A stretch of 52,641 nt of DNA from Catajapyx aquilonaris. Lineage: Eukaryota. The DNA is taken from contig KZ537994.1 of assembly GCA_000934665.2 (NCBI GenBank), forward strand, positions 124,001 through 176,641, read 5' to 3'. How positions within the stretch are numbered: position 1 is the stretch's first letter; each line of letters starts with the position of its first letter. Positions 33,801-46,101 of this stretch are shown piece by piece. The translations under genes were made by a program, and so were the position numbers. The notes under the pieces were generated by a model. It searched no databases. It was given only the letters and a program-made list of their open reading frames with translations, and was not told the DNA's origin.

Positions 33801-36800
33801 TTGGAACTCAACGATGCGGAGAAAGTATGAAGCAGACGAATGTGGGCCTCAGGAAGCGAGGAGACGCAACAAGCGCGGCAAGAGTGATGTGCAACAATAC
33901 CAAGAGCATGTCAGCAGTCCACAGATGTCCACTTCAGACTTTTCTCTAGATCTCCTCCAAACTACTGTCCAAGTTACAGAATCATTCCCTTCGCAAGAAA
34001 CGCCTGTTCAAACTTCTAATTACACTCAGGTAAAGTACACTATATCTTGGAGCATTTCCAAGCACCTTTTCTGCAGGCTAGCTAATTTTGGAGTCCTTTC
34101 GTTTCAGGATGCTTCAGCTTGGTCGCAGGTCTGCTACGATACGGTAGTTGAGGGCAGCACTGCTTACCCACCTAATCCCAGTCCCAAAATTGGCACCATC
34201 TTACCAACTTCCTCTACTCCTAGCTCCACCCCTTGTGCTACACCTACACCAACCCCTCAGTCATTGTGTGCATTCGAACTGGAGTATGCAATGGAGGTTT
34301 CACCGTCACACTCTAGTCTTGATCCGGATATATCGAATATTTCACCTCTAAAGTGAGTGGGTCTGAGTATTCAAGCTTATACGGACTGCAGATTTCAGTG
34401 TAATCACACACGTTTTGTCACTCTAGATACTTGGATTTGGATGCATTGGTTCAACAACAGAGCCCGGTGAAGCAGGTTAACACTTTTAACTTATTAAACC
34501 AGTTAGATTCTCCACCACGTAACTTGATGAAGCTGACGCCTGTGAAGCAAACTAGGGTGACTGTCAAGAAGGAAATGCTAAGTACGAGGCTTGTGTTAAG
34601 TGGAATTGAGGGCAATTTAAGCATGGCATTAATCTTTTCAGGCTACACGTTCTCAGGTGACACTGTGGATCAGGCATTGAAGCAAGAGTCTGCATCAGGT
34701 GGGTTTGTGCCAATGGCTTCTACAGTGGTGTCCAACAAACTGGCCACTCCTCCCATCCTTCGTCGACGCAACCACTCCAGGTCCAAGTCAAACGCCAATG
34801 GAGATGATGAGGATGATGATGAAGATAGGAGGGGAGCCATGCTTCTTTCTGGTATGACCATTGAAGACATGATGCTGGCAAACTCTGTGGGTATCAAGGA
34901 GGAACCTCTCAACACTCCAGAGAAGGCTCCTACTACTCCAAGGAAACTACCATTCAGTCCATCACAGGTTGGGATATTTTACGACTCGGATGATACATAA
35001 AATTTGCCTCTCTTGAATACTAGATGACTATTTTTGCTCCTGCAAACCTTTTTTTATGTAGTACAATCAAACTTGTGTAGTACAAGGGATCAAGATAAAG
35101 ACTGTGTACAGCCAACCCTCTTATTCACCATAGTGTTTCTTCATCCATCATAGTCAAAGTACTGTTTTTATATACAATGACTGTGATACAGCAAAACCTG
35201 TCTGCAAAGGACATGCCTTCCACAAAAATTTTGCTCACGGTAGCTTCCATTGTGAGAGACAAAAATGCATTGAAAATAATTTGTCAAGACCAAACAGCAG
35301 TTATGTGTTGGACAAGTTTTCACTGTATTACAGAGGGTGTTTTTCTGGCGAAGTGATGATCCAAAGTAGGGGTGATAGAAAAGAGTGGATGGATTAGTTA
35401 CTCTAGGGCTACATAAGTACTCCAGTCCTGATTTGGCGCAAAATTTTAGGTGTTTTTATACACCTTCCTGCATGCCTCTGACTTCATGTACGTGGCCAGA
35501 GGAAAAAATCCACCAGCTCTTCCCCATGCCCAGCTCTTTGGATTGTCAACTTGGGGAGATAAACACCCTTTATTATTATTTTTGGCGGTATTAAACACTG
35601 TATTATATATTACAGACAGGTTTCGCTGTGTAACTGTTGTGGTACATTTAATTGAACGCAGTTATTTCATCAAGTTCATTATTGGTCTTGCCAAATCATG
35701 TACTTTTGATGTGTTCTTAACATCTATTTGGATATTAAAGTGTATTCACTGCAGTTTTCAAGTTTACTGACTTCAGAAACCAATGGTTTTCTCCCTATCA
35801 GTTTTTGAATAGCCCGGGAGTCCCCTCATTCCAACTCAGCCTGAGCCCAACAGTCATGCGAGGGTCAACTGCAGTCCCATCCGCCCACTCCACCCCTCTT
35901 CCCTATGCAACGGAGGCCCATCATCCCATGACTGGCAACGACAGCAGTGTCCTGTCCACTCCAAAAGGAATGCTGGTGAAGACACTCAACTCCGGTAGCT
36001 CCCTTGTAATGGACATCACCACTTCCTCTGGCTCATCCAATGTTGTGGCAGGATTCTTGCCTACTGACACCACAGAGCACAGAGAGTCATTCCACACACC
36101 TAAAATGGAGAGAAAGGGTGTCACTCCAAGGACACCCACTCCTTTTAAACATGCCTTGGCAGAGCTGGTGAAGAAGAGTGGGCCAGTCAAGTACTCGGTG
36201 TGTTTCTATTTGTGCCCTTTATGTAATCTAGTTCCTTGTCCGACTGAAGAATGATGCAGCCCTAAAGGTTATTCACAAGTGCACGGGGAAAGTGCACAAA
36301 TAGGCGTGAAATAAGTAGGAGAGCTTGTGCCACTGTAGGAAAACAGATTATGAAATTCTCAATGCATTGGTAGAAAACCTAGGCATGATAACAACTGGAT
36401 GTTACAGCTGCAATGGCCATGAAGATTTAAGTCAGGGTTATGAAAGTGAGAAAATTCAGCCTCCTGCTGAAGCAAAATTCAGCTACGACCATGTGCGTCG
36501 AAGGATATGTTAGGGAATTGACTTTCATTATTGTACAGTTATTGTACAGCCGGAGCTCAGATAGTTGATCATAGGACAGCCTGATAGGCAACTGATTCAT
36601 CTCAGACATGCCATAATTGGGTACATCAGGCAAGAAAACTCGATTGGTCGAAAATATACTGCAGGCGAGAATTCCACTGGACAAAATGTTTGGCGAAATT
36701 TCAGGAAAAATGCAAAAATCTGCTGCAGCTGCTACATATCCACAGCCTGTTCTAGTTTGACTGCCTCTGAGGAGTTTGATTCTTTGATGTGCCCTTTGAT

Positions 36801-38303
36801 CCTCTCTTGGACTGAGGTTGTATCACTTATCACTCAAATGCTAGAAGAAGAAGAGCAGATCATGCATGTAGAAAAGCTCGTGCACACTGTGGCCCTTTCA
36901 TGCGCATTTGTGAATAGGTTTTTAAGAGTCTTTATTGTTGCAATAGGAAGCACTGTTTTTCCTTCACACATTGCTGTAATCTATGCTTACAGTGACGAAA
37001 TGAACTGCACCATTCTTCACATGGGAGATCATGGGGAAGGGTTATGCAGTAGTGGCAACATAACTTATTTAAATAATCTTTTTCAGCCTCAAACGCCAAC
37101 ACGACTTGAAGACTTGACTGAAATCATGCAAGAGGAACAAAATGCTGAAGGAAACTTTGCAGATATATCCATCCTGCCAGATTCAACACCACTGGTATGC
37201 TGATTAATAATAGGCAACTCGGTCGAATGGTTTCATGTCATTTTCTCATTTTCTTGCAGAATATGTTGCATGACAGTGGATACATGACTGTGAAGAGGCA
37301 CATACCATCAGACAAGGAAAACCAGTCCCCCAATAAGAGAGCCAGGAAGTCCTTGGCAGCCTCGTGGAGCACACCAGGAAATATCACGTTTGCTGATTCT
37401 TCCATAGCAGTTGAGACACCTGTAAGTAGAAACATGAGCGAATTTATACTTATTGTGCATGGATCACACTGACTATGTTGAATTTTTTAAATGGGACATG
37501 TGCTTCTAATATATTTACAGAGCAAATCCCTGGGTGACAGTTCAGTCCTGTTCTCCCCTCCTTCCATCATCCTTTCTGAAGAGGTATTTCCTTCTGCCTC
37601 TCACATGGGATACTCCACCAAGTCACCTCTCAAATCAAAGGTTGGTGCACGTCATGAGTGTATCTCGTATTACTTTGATATCTAGAGAGCTACAGGTGAA
37701 GAGGGTAGAGAAAAAAAGTCAAATCATATTACTTGGAGCCTGCACTAAAACAGCAGTTCTTTTTTCTGCTATGCTAATTTTAAACTCTGTAATGCTGAGT
37801 ATGCAGTAACTCTGGTTGATACAATGTGTGCTGGACACATAGGTCTGCTGAGGGATACTTGTTGTCATTGCCATTACTGTACTTCAAAGGACCTCAGGAT
37901 GGAAATGACAAAGATTCAGTCCTTCCATGGTTTCAATGTGAGATGTTAGGCAGAGGATTGCATAAGTATGATTGGTCGTCATTGTGAATGCAGCCATTTT
38001 GCCACTCACCTTGTACTTGCATGTAGGGGAAAAATTATTCCTACTTTGAGATCCGGCATGTGTAGATGATAAGTGTGACTCACAGGCATAAGTTGCACAT
38101 GAATTGTTTAGGTGCACAACAAGACAGAGAGAGTGGGTCCTGTGAAGCGCATCCAGTTTGGCAGCGCACCCCAAGAGCAGAAGCTGCCACAGGTGGATGT
38201 CAGGTGGGAGATGGTGGCGTACGGACGCACCAAGGATCAGCTGGATCTCACAGAGCAGGCCAGGATGTACTTGGAAATGAAATGCTGTTCCCTCAATCTC
38301 TAA
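30872..38303 (+). CDS. Myb: R1R2R3 Myb transcription factor (B-Myb/invertebrate Myb type), about 828 aa
   Basis: Exons 30872-30891, 32502-32778, 33337-33569, 33777-34029, 34108-34352, 34427-34581, 34642-34967, 35802-36197, 37087-37194, 37260-37421, 37521-37640 and 38112-38303 are all in phase. Three Trp repeats (WSKEED…, KGPWTKEED…, GKQCRERWHNHLNP…, PGRTDNAIKNHWNS) plus conserved C-terminal motifs LPFSPSQFLN, TPRTPTPFK and WEMVAYGRTKDQ. Confidence 0.96.
30927..30947. promoter_or_regulatory. Two E2F-type sites at the start of Myb intron 1
   Basis: GCGGGAAA (30927-30934) and GGCGCCAAAA (30938-30947) within a CpG-rich promoter region. Confidence 0.55.
32055..32308. mobile_element. Old MITE-like inverted repeat in Myb intron 1
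   Basis: TTAATCTGACAAAATGACGAATTC versus GAATTTGTCCTTTTGTCAGATTAA. Confidence 0.55.
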
Positions 38304-41300
38304 GGTGTTGGTGCTGCTGAGGTAGGAAGGAAGGAATCCTACCAGACATCCTCTTTGCATTATCCTTAATTACTTGTCAACTTGTCACTTAATACTGGTT
38401 ACAAATGCCTCACGCTGTATGCCAGAATGATGAACTTGTGTTCACATGTTCATCCTCATTAATCTGAAGGGACCAATAATGGGCTTTTAAAGTGCAGGTA
38501 CTGGTTTAATTATGTAAACATGTTTTTTTTTTGTATGGATGATGTCTGGTAGAAGTATACAGTAAAAGAGCAGTAGTTTTATAATGCAGCAATTTGGCTT
38601 CCCAGCAAGCATTGCACGAGTTACACGTGGCACTCAAATGAACAATATTATACCTTCTGCAGTGAACTATAGCACCATTATTATGCATTACGATGATTTG
38701 CAGTGTCTCCTTGATCATGTAAGTTCTCGGCAGTGAATGTTTAAACTTAGAGCTATTCCATTTTATGTAAATCAGGAGGTGACAACCATTGTACAAGCAC
38801 TTTGAGCTTCACTTCTCCCATAGCCATGGTTAATCTTGGTTAGTAATCATGATGAAATGTTGCAATATTCTTTTTGGATTATTTTTATCCCATTCAATAC
38901 GGTTTTGGTGTCATCAGTAAATAATTACAAATTTGTGAAATTGATTGTTTTCGTCTCCTGGTATAGATCATGTCCATGGTATTTTGGGTTATAGCAGAGC
39001 TTTGTGAGGGAACTATTTTTGTAGCATGTTTACAAATTTGAATGATCACAAGTGAATTATGAAAATCATGTCCACAATTCACATTCTTATACTATGTAGT
39101 AATATTGGCAACCAGATGTTTACACTGGAATATTTTTGATAATGTACCTGCACACCCAAGTTACAAGTCCTGCAATATTTTACTGTGCAGAATTCCAGTA
39201 GTTTTGTGGAGCATGTGCGATGTATGTTGTATTCTGACAGAAGAAGTATTAGTGTACCTGGAGTTTGTACGAAATGAAGGATATAATGTCCCACACAGAG
39301 GCCTGTATAGCAGTGCATACCCTTTGAAAATTGATCATGTACTGAAGAAATTTAATTTTTGCTAAGGATATTTTACACAAAAATGCACCCTGCATTGGTG
39401 CTGTTTCTGGTAGTATTTGCTACACTAACAAAATGCTACCATAATTACAAATGCGGTATTTTTGTTACTTCTGATAAAATCATGTGTGTAAATCAAATAG
39501 GAAACATTTTGCTTCACTTGCCTTTCCGAAGTCCGGGTGTTTTTACAAAAAAGTGTGTGTGTAAGATTAACAATGCAGATGTCAGCATGAAATGTAGAAG
39601 TAAGGATTGCATATATGATGTGATGATAAAGGTGGCTCTTCTAAAGAGTGGTACTGTAAATGTAATTGTGTTTCCATTACTTTGAAACCTTTTGAAAGAT
39701 AATATAGCTTTTGAGATTTCGTAACCAGAGTTTTAGTGCTAGACTGACATGTTGGTCCAGTCCTCTCACAAATGCAGTCCAAAGCATATGTTGCATCTTA
39801 TTTTCAACAATTCACTTTTTATTGCCCTCTAGAACAGTAGGTATGCACAGTATGAAGAAGTAGCATGTATGCTTTCATTTTCCAGTTTTTTGGTATGAAA
39901 AATGTTTGCCAAGTACACTATTTCTATAAATTTTATTGACATTAAACAGTGCCTGATCTCTGACATTGCATTAAATTGGTAGTCTGAAAATTGATGAAAT
40001 GTATTGAATTTGATTTTGCACACAGGCTTCATTTAGGATCCAAATACGCAGTAATTATTTTCATGGTGCCCACTGATATCAGTTTGCAAAGCGATAATTA
40101 CTTCCAAAAACGTGTACACTGGTTGCAGGAACCTGAGTGCTCCTGAGAGATCCAGATGGTTCCTGAGGGTACTGTGCCTCTGCAACCAGTCTCCAGTAGT
40201 GATGTGTGAAACTGGTTAATGGCTGCTCCATCAGAACTGTGCACAAAGGATAAAGTGCTATAGCTTCATGGGTTTCTCTCTCCCTTCTATTTCTATGCAT
40301 CACATTTTGCACACATTGTTAGTTGGATTGGTTATCTAGGTAATATTGGAATGCAGAAAATCAGATAATATTCAGCGACCATTACATTCACATTCAGTGA
40401 CGGCATTTTCCCAAGATGGGGTTACCAGCGATGACCACGTACAGTCCACCATTCAGCTACCAACTTTTGCAATGTTAGATTCCTACTTAGTATTCATTAT
40501 ATTAACATTAATTTTAGACAATTGGATGAAAAAGATACAATAAATTCATGTTGATAATTGATACATCAGAGATGTTTCCAAATTTCTGCTCTTGCATACA
40601 TTTCAACATGATTATACTACTAACTTGGACAGAAAGGTCTGACCTTTGGGTCTGACAAAATGTCAAGAAAAGTACATTTCCGAAATTATTTCCTGGTCAA
40701 CCAATCCAAGCAACTCAACAGTCACAAGTTGATTGAGTAGAACTCCAATGTGTTGATTAAAGTTATATTTGCTTTGTGTTACAAGTGAGCTGGCACTGAC
40801 ATTTAACACATATCACACCACATCTAATTTTTAACAATTTTTTTTCTCCGTGTGTTTTGAAATTTGATGTCCACCTTTGATACGACTGGATGTCACTATG
40901 GCAGGGAAAGGATTGTAATTTTTGTTTGCTATTTTTGCGAATGTGCCTGTGGTTTTATACGATTTTACATTTTCTGGTGTGTAGCGCTTTTTTTTTTGCA
41001 CTCAATTTTATCAAAAGTGTCGTGTTACATTAGCAGTAGACGTTTTGTGTATTGCATAATGAGCAGTAACAATTTAGGTCACAGATGGCGGAAGTAACTA
41101 GATTTAACAGTGAAATAAGTGGGCGTCTTTGTGGGGATATGGTTTGGTGGAAAGGATTGGGGTACCTGATGAGATTTATCACATTGATGTGGTGCGATGT
41201 TTTTGAAACGAGTAAGACAGAGTCAAAGGTCCATAGAGATACAGTGAAAGTTATTATAAGAGGGAATTTTTTTTTCGCCTTAGTTTTTCTTTATTTTGTG

Positions 41301-43649
41301 CTTTTTATTGCTTACTACCAGTGGTTTTACGGTTACTGTTGCTACTTTTGGCCTGGGATTTTTTTTTTCCAATATAGTTTTTTTAATATTACACATTCAT
41401 TTAATCATGTTGCACCAAGAAATATAATGTAGAGTAGTAACAGTATTTTAGTGGCAGCTGTTTTATTTTTTTTTTAAAGGGCAGTGTTGGCACAATGTCC
41501 TAGCTCGTTCAGGATGTGTATAAAGAATTGTAAGGAGTGCCTAACTTACGAAGGAACAAGGTCTATAACCTTGAAAATGTAAAGGGTAATAACATCGGAA
41601 GTAATTGGCTCGAGTTGCATGAAATGTAACTTGGATACCAGTCAGTGTTTCCCCCTAATGATGGTAGATTGTGTGTACAGAAGGATATTGGATCATGGGA
41701 AATGAAAACACAAGGAAAAAATCATGATGTATTGGATGAAATGTAATTTTTTTTATATAGTATATATTTGCTACCAACCAAAGTGTGATGTATGTAGATT
41801 TTTTTTTTAGAATTAATAAATTTACATGTCCTTGTGTGGAAATTTACATCTGAAGGATTGGATAATAAAGCTTGGTTGTGCTTACACTTGATTATTTTTT
41901 AATGTGACAGTACTGGTACATGCCAGAGCACCATCCGGACATGTTATGTGTCTGTCATGACCAAGGATATGCTTGCAGATTTTTGGCTGATCATAGCTGG
42001 AGGTCACTAATTTATAAATGAGATCTGGGAACAGGGTACTTGGAAGGCTGGTTTTCCCGCTTGGCATGAAAGCTGGCTTGGGATTTCTCCAACGGACTCG
42101 TCCCGCGTTATTACCGGTATCATGTCCTTGACGTCACGCCTGGGATGTAAATCGGAGAATAAAGAACTGCGAGGGGAAAAACTCCACGTGCGTCTTCGCC
42201 AACACTTTGCTCTTAGGAGGAGGGATCCCTGTCCAGACCTGCCTGGGGCCTGCAGCTGTCGAGGTCAAAAGCACCCCTTTTCGCAGAAAAACCCACGAAA
42301 CTCCAAATGGATCCTTCTAACGGATAAAATCTGCTTGAATCAGACCCCACCTGCCTGGTTTTGCGAATAATGCCAAGTTCGCCAATTAGTGGCGAAAGTA
42401 GTGACGAAATGTTTACATGGACCTACAACATACACTTCGATTGTACAGTACTGAACTCATTGGGAATTTCCTAACATGCTTTCTCATAACTGCAAGAGAA
42501 AGTGATTTCTTAGGAATTTGCCGGTTGTAAGTTGTTGTTTTTTTTGGCGATGTTGCAGTCCTATTTGATAACAAGGGTTTATTGCGATAATTTTTAATGA
42601 TTGCAGCATGCGAGGGGTGCATTTAGGCTAGAGATTACGGCTGAATGGAGATGAAGAAAAAAAATCACTTCCTGAAGGACAAAACTCGTGACCGGCGGAA
42701 TCTAATTACAAGTATTGCAGGGTGTTTTTGAAATTTGTTTATATAGTGCATTTAATAGTGTTCTGCGAACTAGATTCCGTCTGGAGTTTCAATGACGTCA
42801 ATATAACAAGGTCGTAATAGGGGACGGGACTTGGATTAGTTGGGTGGGGTCATATTATGAAATACTATACGAGATCATTAATTAAAACGTAATTAGAAGA
42901 TTCGGAACTTTCGAGAGTTTTCGGTTTAATTATTACTGTGTCAACATTATTAGAAGTGTCATAATCGGGAAATATAAATATTGGAACCAAACATGGGATT
43001 CTTTTTTCTACGACATTTATTATCGTTTTACAAATAGTTTGCCTTACAATGACGAAACTCTAACAGAGCACAAACATGAATCTTGATGTAACAATATTTA
43101 TAGTGTGTAAAGAGATATGTAACTTCACATTGTAACAACAATAATAATCACATGCTTTGCAGCACAGTATACAACAATTCAACACTCAGATGTCAATGTG
43201 TCAATCTATATCTCAGACTCGTCCCTATATTCGCACCCAAAAAAAAACAACTCCCAAGCCAAGATCCAGCCTCAGTGCAGATCCTCATTCCTCTCTAATC
43301 ATTACTTGCACCCAAAAAGCCCCTGGTGTATACATGGTAAATAGTGCAATAATATACATTCACAGGAACCCCCCTCTATCTGTAAGGTGTCAGTTGAATA
43401 GCTGCACTATAGGTGGGCTGCCAGGTGAAGATGACATTTGTGGAATGGCTTCAGTAGCAGAAGCTGCAACATCATCATTCACAGCAAGTCCTGCTGGTGT
43501 CCATACATACATGGACTGGAGTTTAAAGTCACGGACTACACATCTGCGATGAAAAAGTACATATATAGCACAATTGTTTTTATGCCAGATGATTGCAATC
43601 AAGTAGACGTATACTAACCAGGAATGTATAGCGAGTTCAATGAGGGAAT

Positions 43650-45377
43650 TCAGGGGACTGGAATGTCCACAATATCTTGTGTCCATAGCTGGTAGCTGTC
43701 ATTGCACAGCTGCATCAGCTGCTTCACATCAGGGTCGGTGACACTCCCATGAGTTGGAGCAAGCAGCAAGACACAGCTAAAGTCTGGCGGTGCTGAACTG
43801 TTGCTGTGTCTCCGTGGTCTTCCCGGGGGCTCACGGCCCTCCAGAATCACACCCACCTTCTTGGCTGAATCAACCTGAAGAGGGGAAGGACACTGTGAGA
43901 CACTGAACACAACTACTAATAGTTTTTCTGACTGCAAAATTAAGAGACACCTACCTTAAGGATGGGTATGTCATTCTCGTGGCAGAAAGCCTGCAGTAGA
44001 ACTTGATGAATGTGACTACGCAGGTCAGCATGGGGCAGGAGACACAGGAGCACACGTTGTGGTGCACGCTCCAACACTCTGACACAGGGTACCACACCAC
44101 ACACCACTTGCTTCTGGCCTCGTGCCTTCAACAGGGCCTTCACCACGACTTCTCCCATCTCCTTCTGGCACACACTGTGAATGACAAAAATACTAATTAT
44201 TATCACTATCTATAACATAATTGCTTGATCAGTGAACATTGTAGCACATTGTTATTTTAGGTCAAAAATACCCGGAATAACTTAATAGGTCAGTGACTAA
44301 GCGTAGGTTGTCATGTGGACACCCCGTTATATTTAGCGGCAAATGCATGCTACTTTTAGATACACGCAAAAATGTCGATAAACCCAAGGTTAATGTCCGA
44401 ACTCTGTATAGTTATTTTATATCAAGGAGTTCCAATAATAAGTGAAACCTACGTATATTCCATCGAGTTAACCTGGCAGTGAATGACCTCACAATTTTTT
44501 TGTTTTGTTTTCTTCCAGAGAGCAGGAAACAGACGCGTCTGATCCGTCTAACAATTTTGTTACTACTGAAAATATTCTGGAGAGTTCATGAAGTTTATTG
44601 GTAAATATTTATTGGACTGCATACTGATAACCGGATTCCCCATGATATAGTTTCCGTTGCCCGGTAAACACCTCCGTATGCTCCACCCCCTTTGACCATG
44701 ACGCATCATGGTGCAATATTTACGTAAGATTAACCATGCAGAACCGACAGGTGTTTCGCCCACATGTTATTACGGATGTATTTTTAGGAAAATATCTATT
44801 TATAAAAATCCGCGACTAAAATCCGGGTAGACCCGGATCAATATTGAGCCACGCGCACGACTATAACTAGTGAACATCTCACGTGCTATTTGCATGCGAT
44901 GTTTATGGACATGTTCCCACATGTTTACAGCCAGTACTGTACACAACTAGCAACAAGTTAATAACCTCACGGATGTTTTTAGAAATCTGCATTACAATTA
45001 CGTCTGATTATTGTCAATTTTTTACAACCGGCTAATTACAATATTGGCGCCAAATGTGACGTAACTAGCATTTTCCGAAGAAAATAATAATGGGTGGAAT
45101 TTTCGTCTGACTGCTAGATACTGCTAACTTAGCAGCACCAGTGTCGGCAACGGTATCTGTGGACGAAAATTTTACACAATGTGTCGAATTTTCATTCCAC
45201 TGCTAATTTAGCAGTAAACTGGCAGTGGCACGAAAATTCCACCCAAATGTTTCTGTGGTTAATAGCATTTGACGTAATGTCACATGTTATTACACCAGTC
45301 CATAAAATCACTTGAACTCACCCTTTAGTCTGTCCTTCCATGGTGGAATCTCCGGGTTCGTCATCCAAAAGTGTCAT
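43650..45377 (-). CDS. Gadd45: GADD45 family protein (L7Ae-like fold), 166 aa
   Basis: Exons 45377-45322, 44174-43955 and 43874-43650 total 501 nt in frame. Motifs: MTL.D start, VLLCLL, HIHQVLLQAFCHENDIPILKV, DFSCVLL. AATAAA on the - strand near 43020. Confidence 0.93.
44907..44926. promoter_or_regulatory. Candidate p53 response element in Gadd45 intron 1
   Basis: GGACATGTTC|CCACATGTTT: two RRRCWWGYYY half-sites, zero spacer, 18/20 match, both with CATG cores. Confidence 0.55.
45091..45245. mobile_element. MITE in Gadd45 intron 1
   Basis: TGGGTGGAATTTTCGT … ACGAAAATTCCACCCA with internally duplicated CTGCTAA.TTAGCAG. Confidence 0.65.
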
Positions 45378-46060
45378 CTTGACGATCTTTTCACTCCTCA
45401 CAACCGGAACCGTACGAAATATGTTGATCGCTCTAGGCAAAGCACTTGGGAGAGAACTACTAAACTGTAACCTTCTCCTTGTGATGCAACTAGTGTGAAT
45501 GGGGGTACCCGTTTGCCGGAGCCTGGTTTTGTAGTCCGTGCGCACGTCTACGTCACGAGGCTTTCGTGGAAGCTACGTCTAGATAGAGGCATGCTCCGTA
45601 CGGGGCCGTGCACTGTGGAGCATGTGTAAAGTACGGGGCTTCTACGAAGTGACCTTTTCCAACGTACCCCCACCCCCGCCTTGGCATACTCCCCAGTAGC
45701 TCCTGTGCTGGGAATTTTGGACACCTCCGGGAACACAGGGCGTGTCTGGGAAGAGATGCTGTTCTCCGACACTAATGTCACGCCGAATTTTGGCTTTCTC
45801 AGATTCTGGTCCGGTAGTACTTGTATACTATATCGAATGTGGGTGGGTTGAAAATTGATTGATTATTGGAGCGACTCCATGAGCTGGTTACATAAATGTG
45901 TCATATTAATTATCGTAACCTAGAACGTCCTGGCGCCTCATAACGATTTTTGATATTCGAGTCGGGACTGCAGTCATGGCCATCTGTATTAACAGGGTTT
46001 ATAGACGTACCGAGTACGTCAGGGACATCATACTGGACACTAATTATTTTATTGGGAGTC

Positions 46061-46101
46061 TGCTGCAAGGAATTCTGAAAATTTCAGAATTCCTTGCAGC
46101 A
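46061..46101. repeat. Perfect palindrome, 20-bp arms, 1-nt spacer
   Basis: TGCTGCAAGGAATTCTGAAA-A-TTTCAGAATTCCTTGCAGCA. Confidence 0.9.

Noticed and set aside
36565..37203. 212-aa ORF in Myb
   Set aside because: It is mostly intron; only 37087-37194 has splice sites and Myb-like sequence.
46068..46094. Heat-shock element in the palindrome
   Set aside because: GAA/TTC spacing does not fit nGAAnnTTCn.
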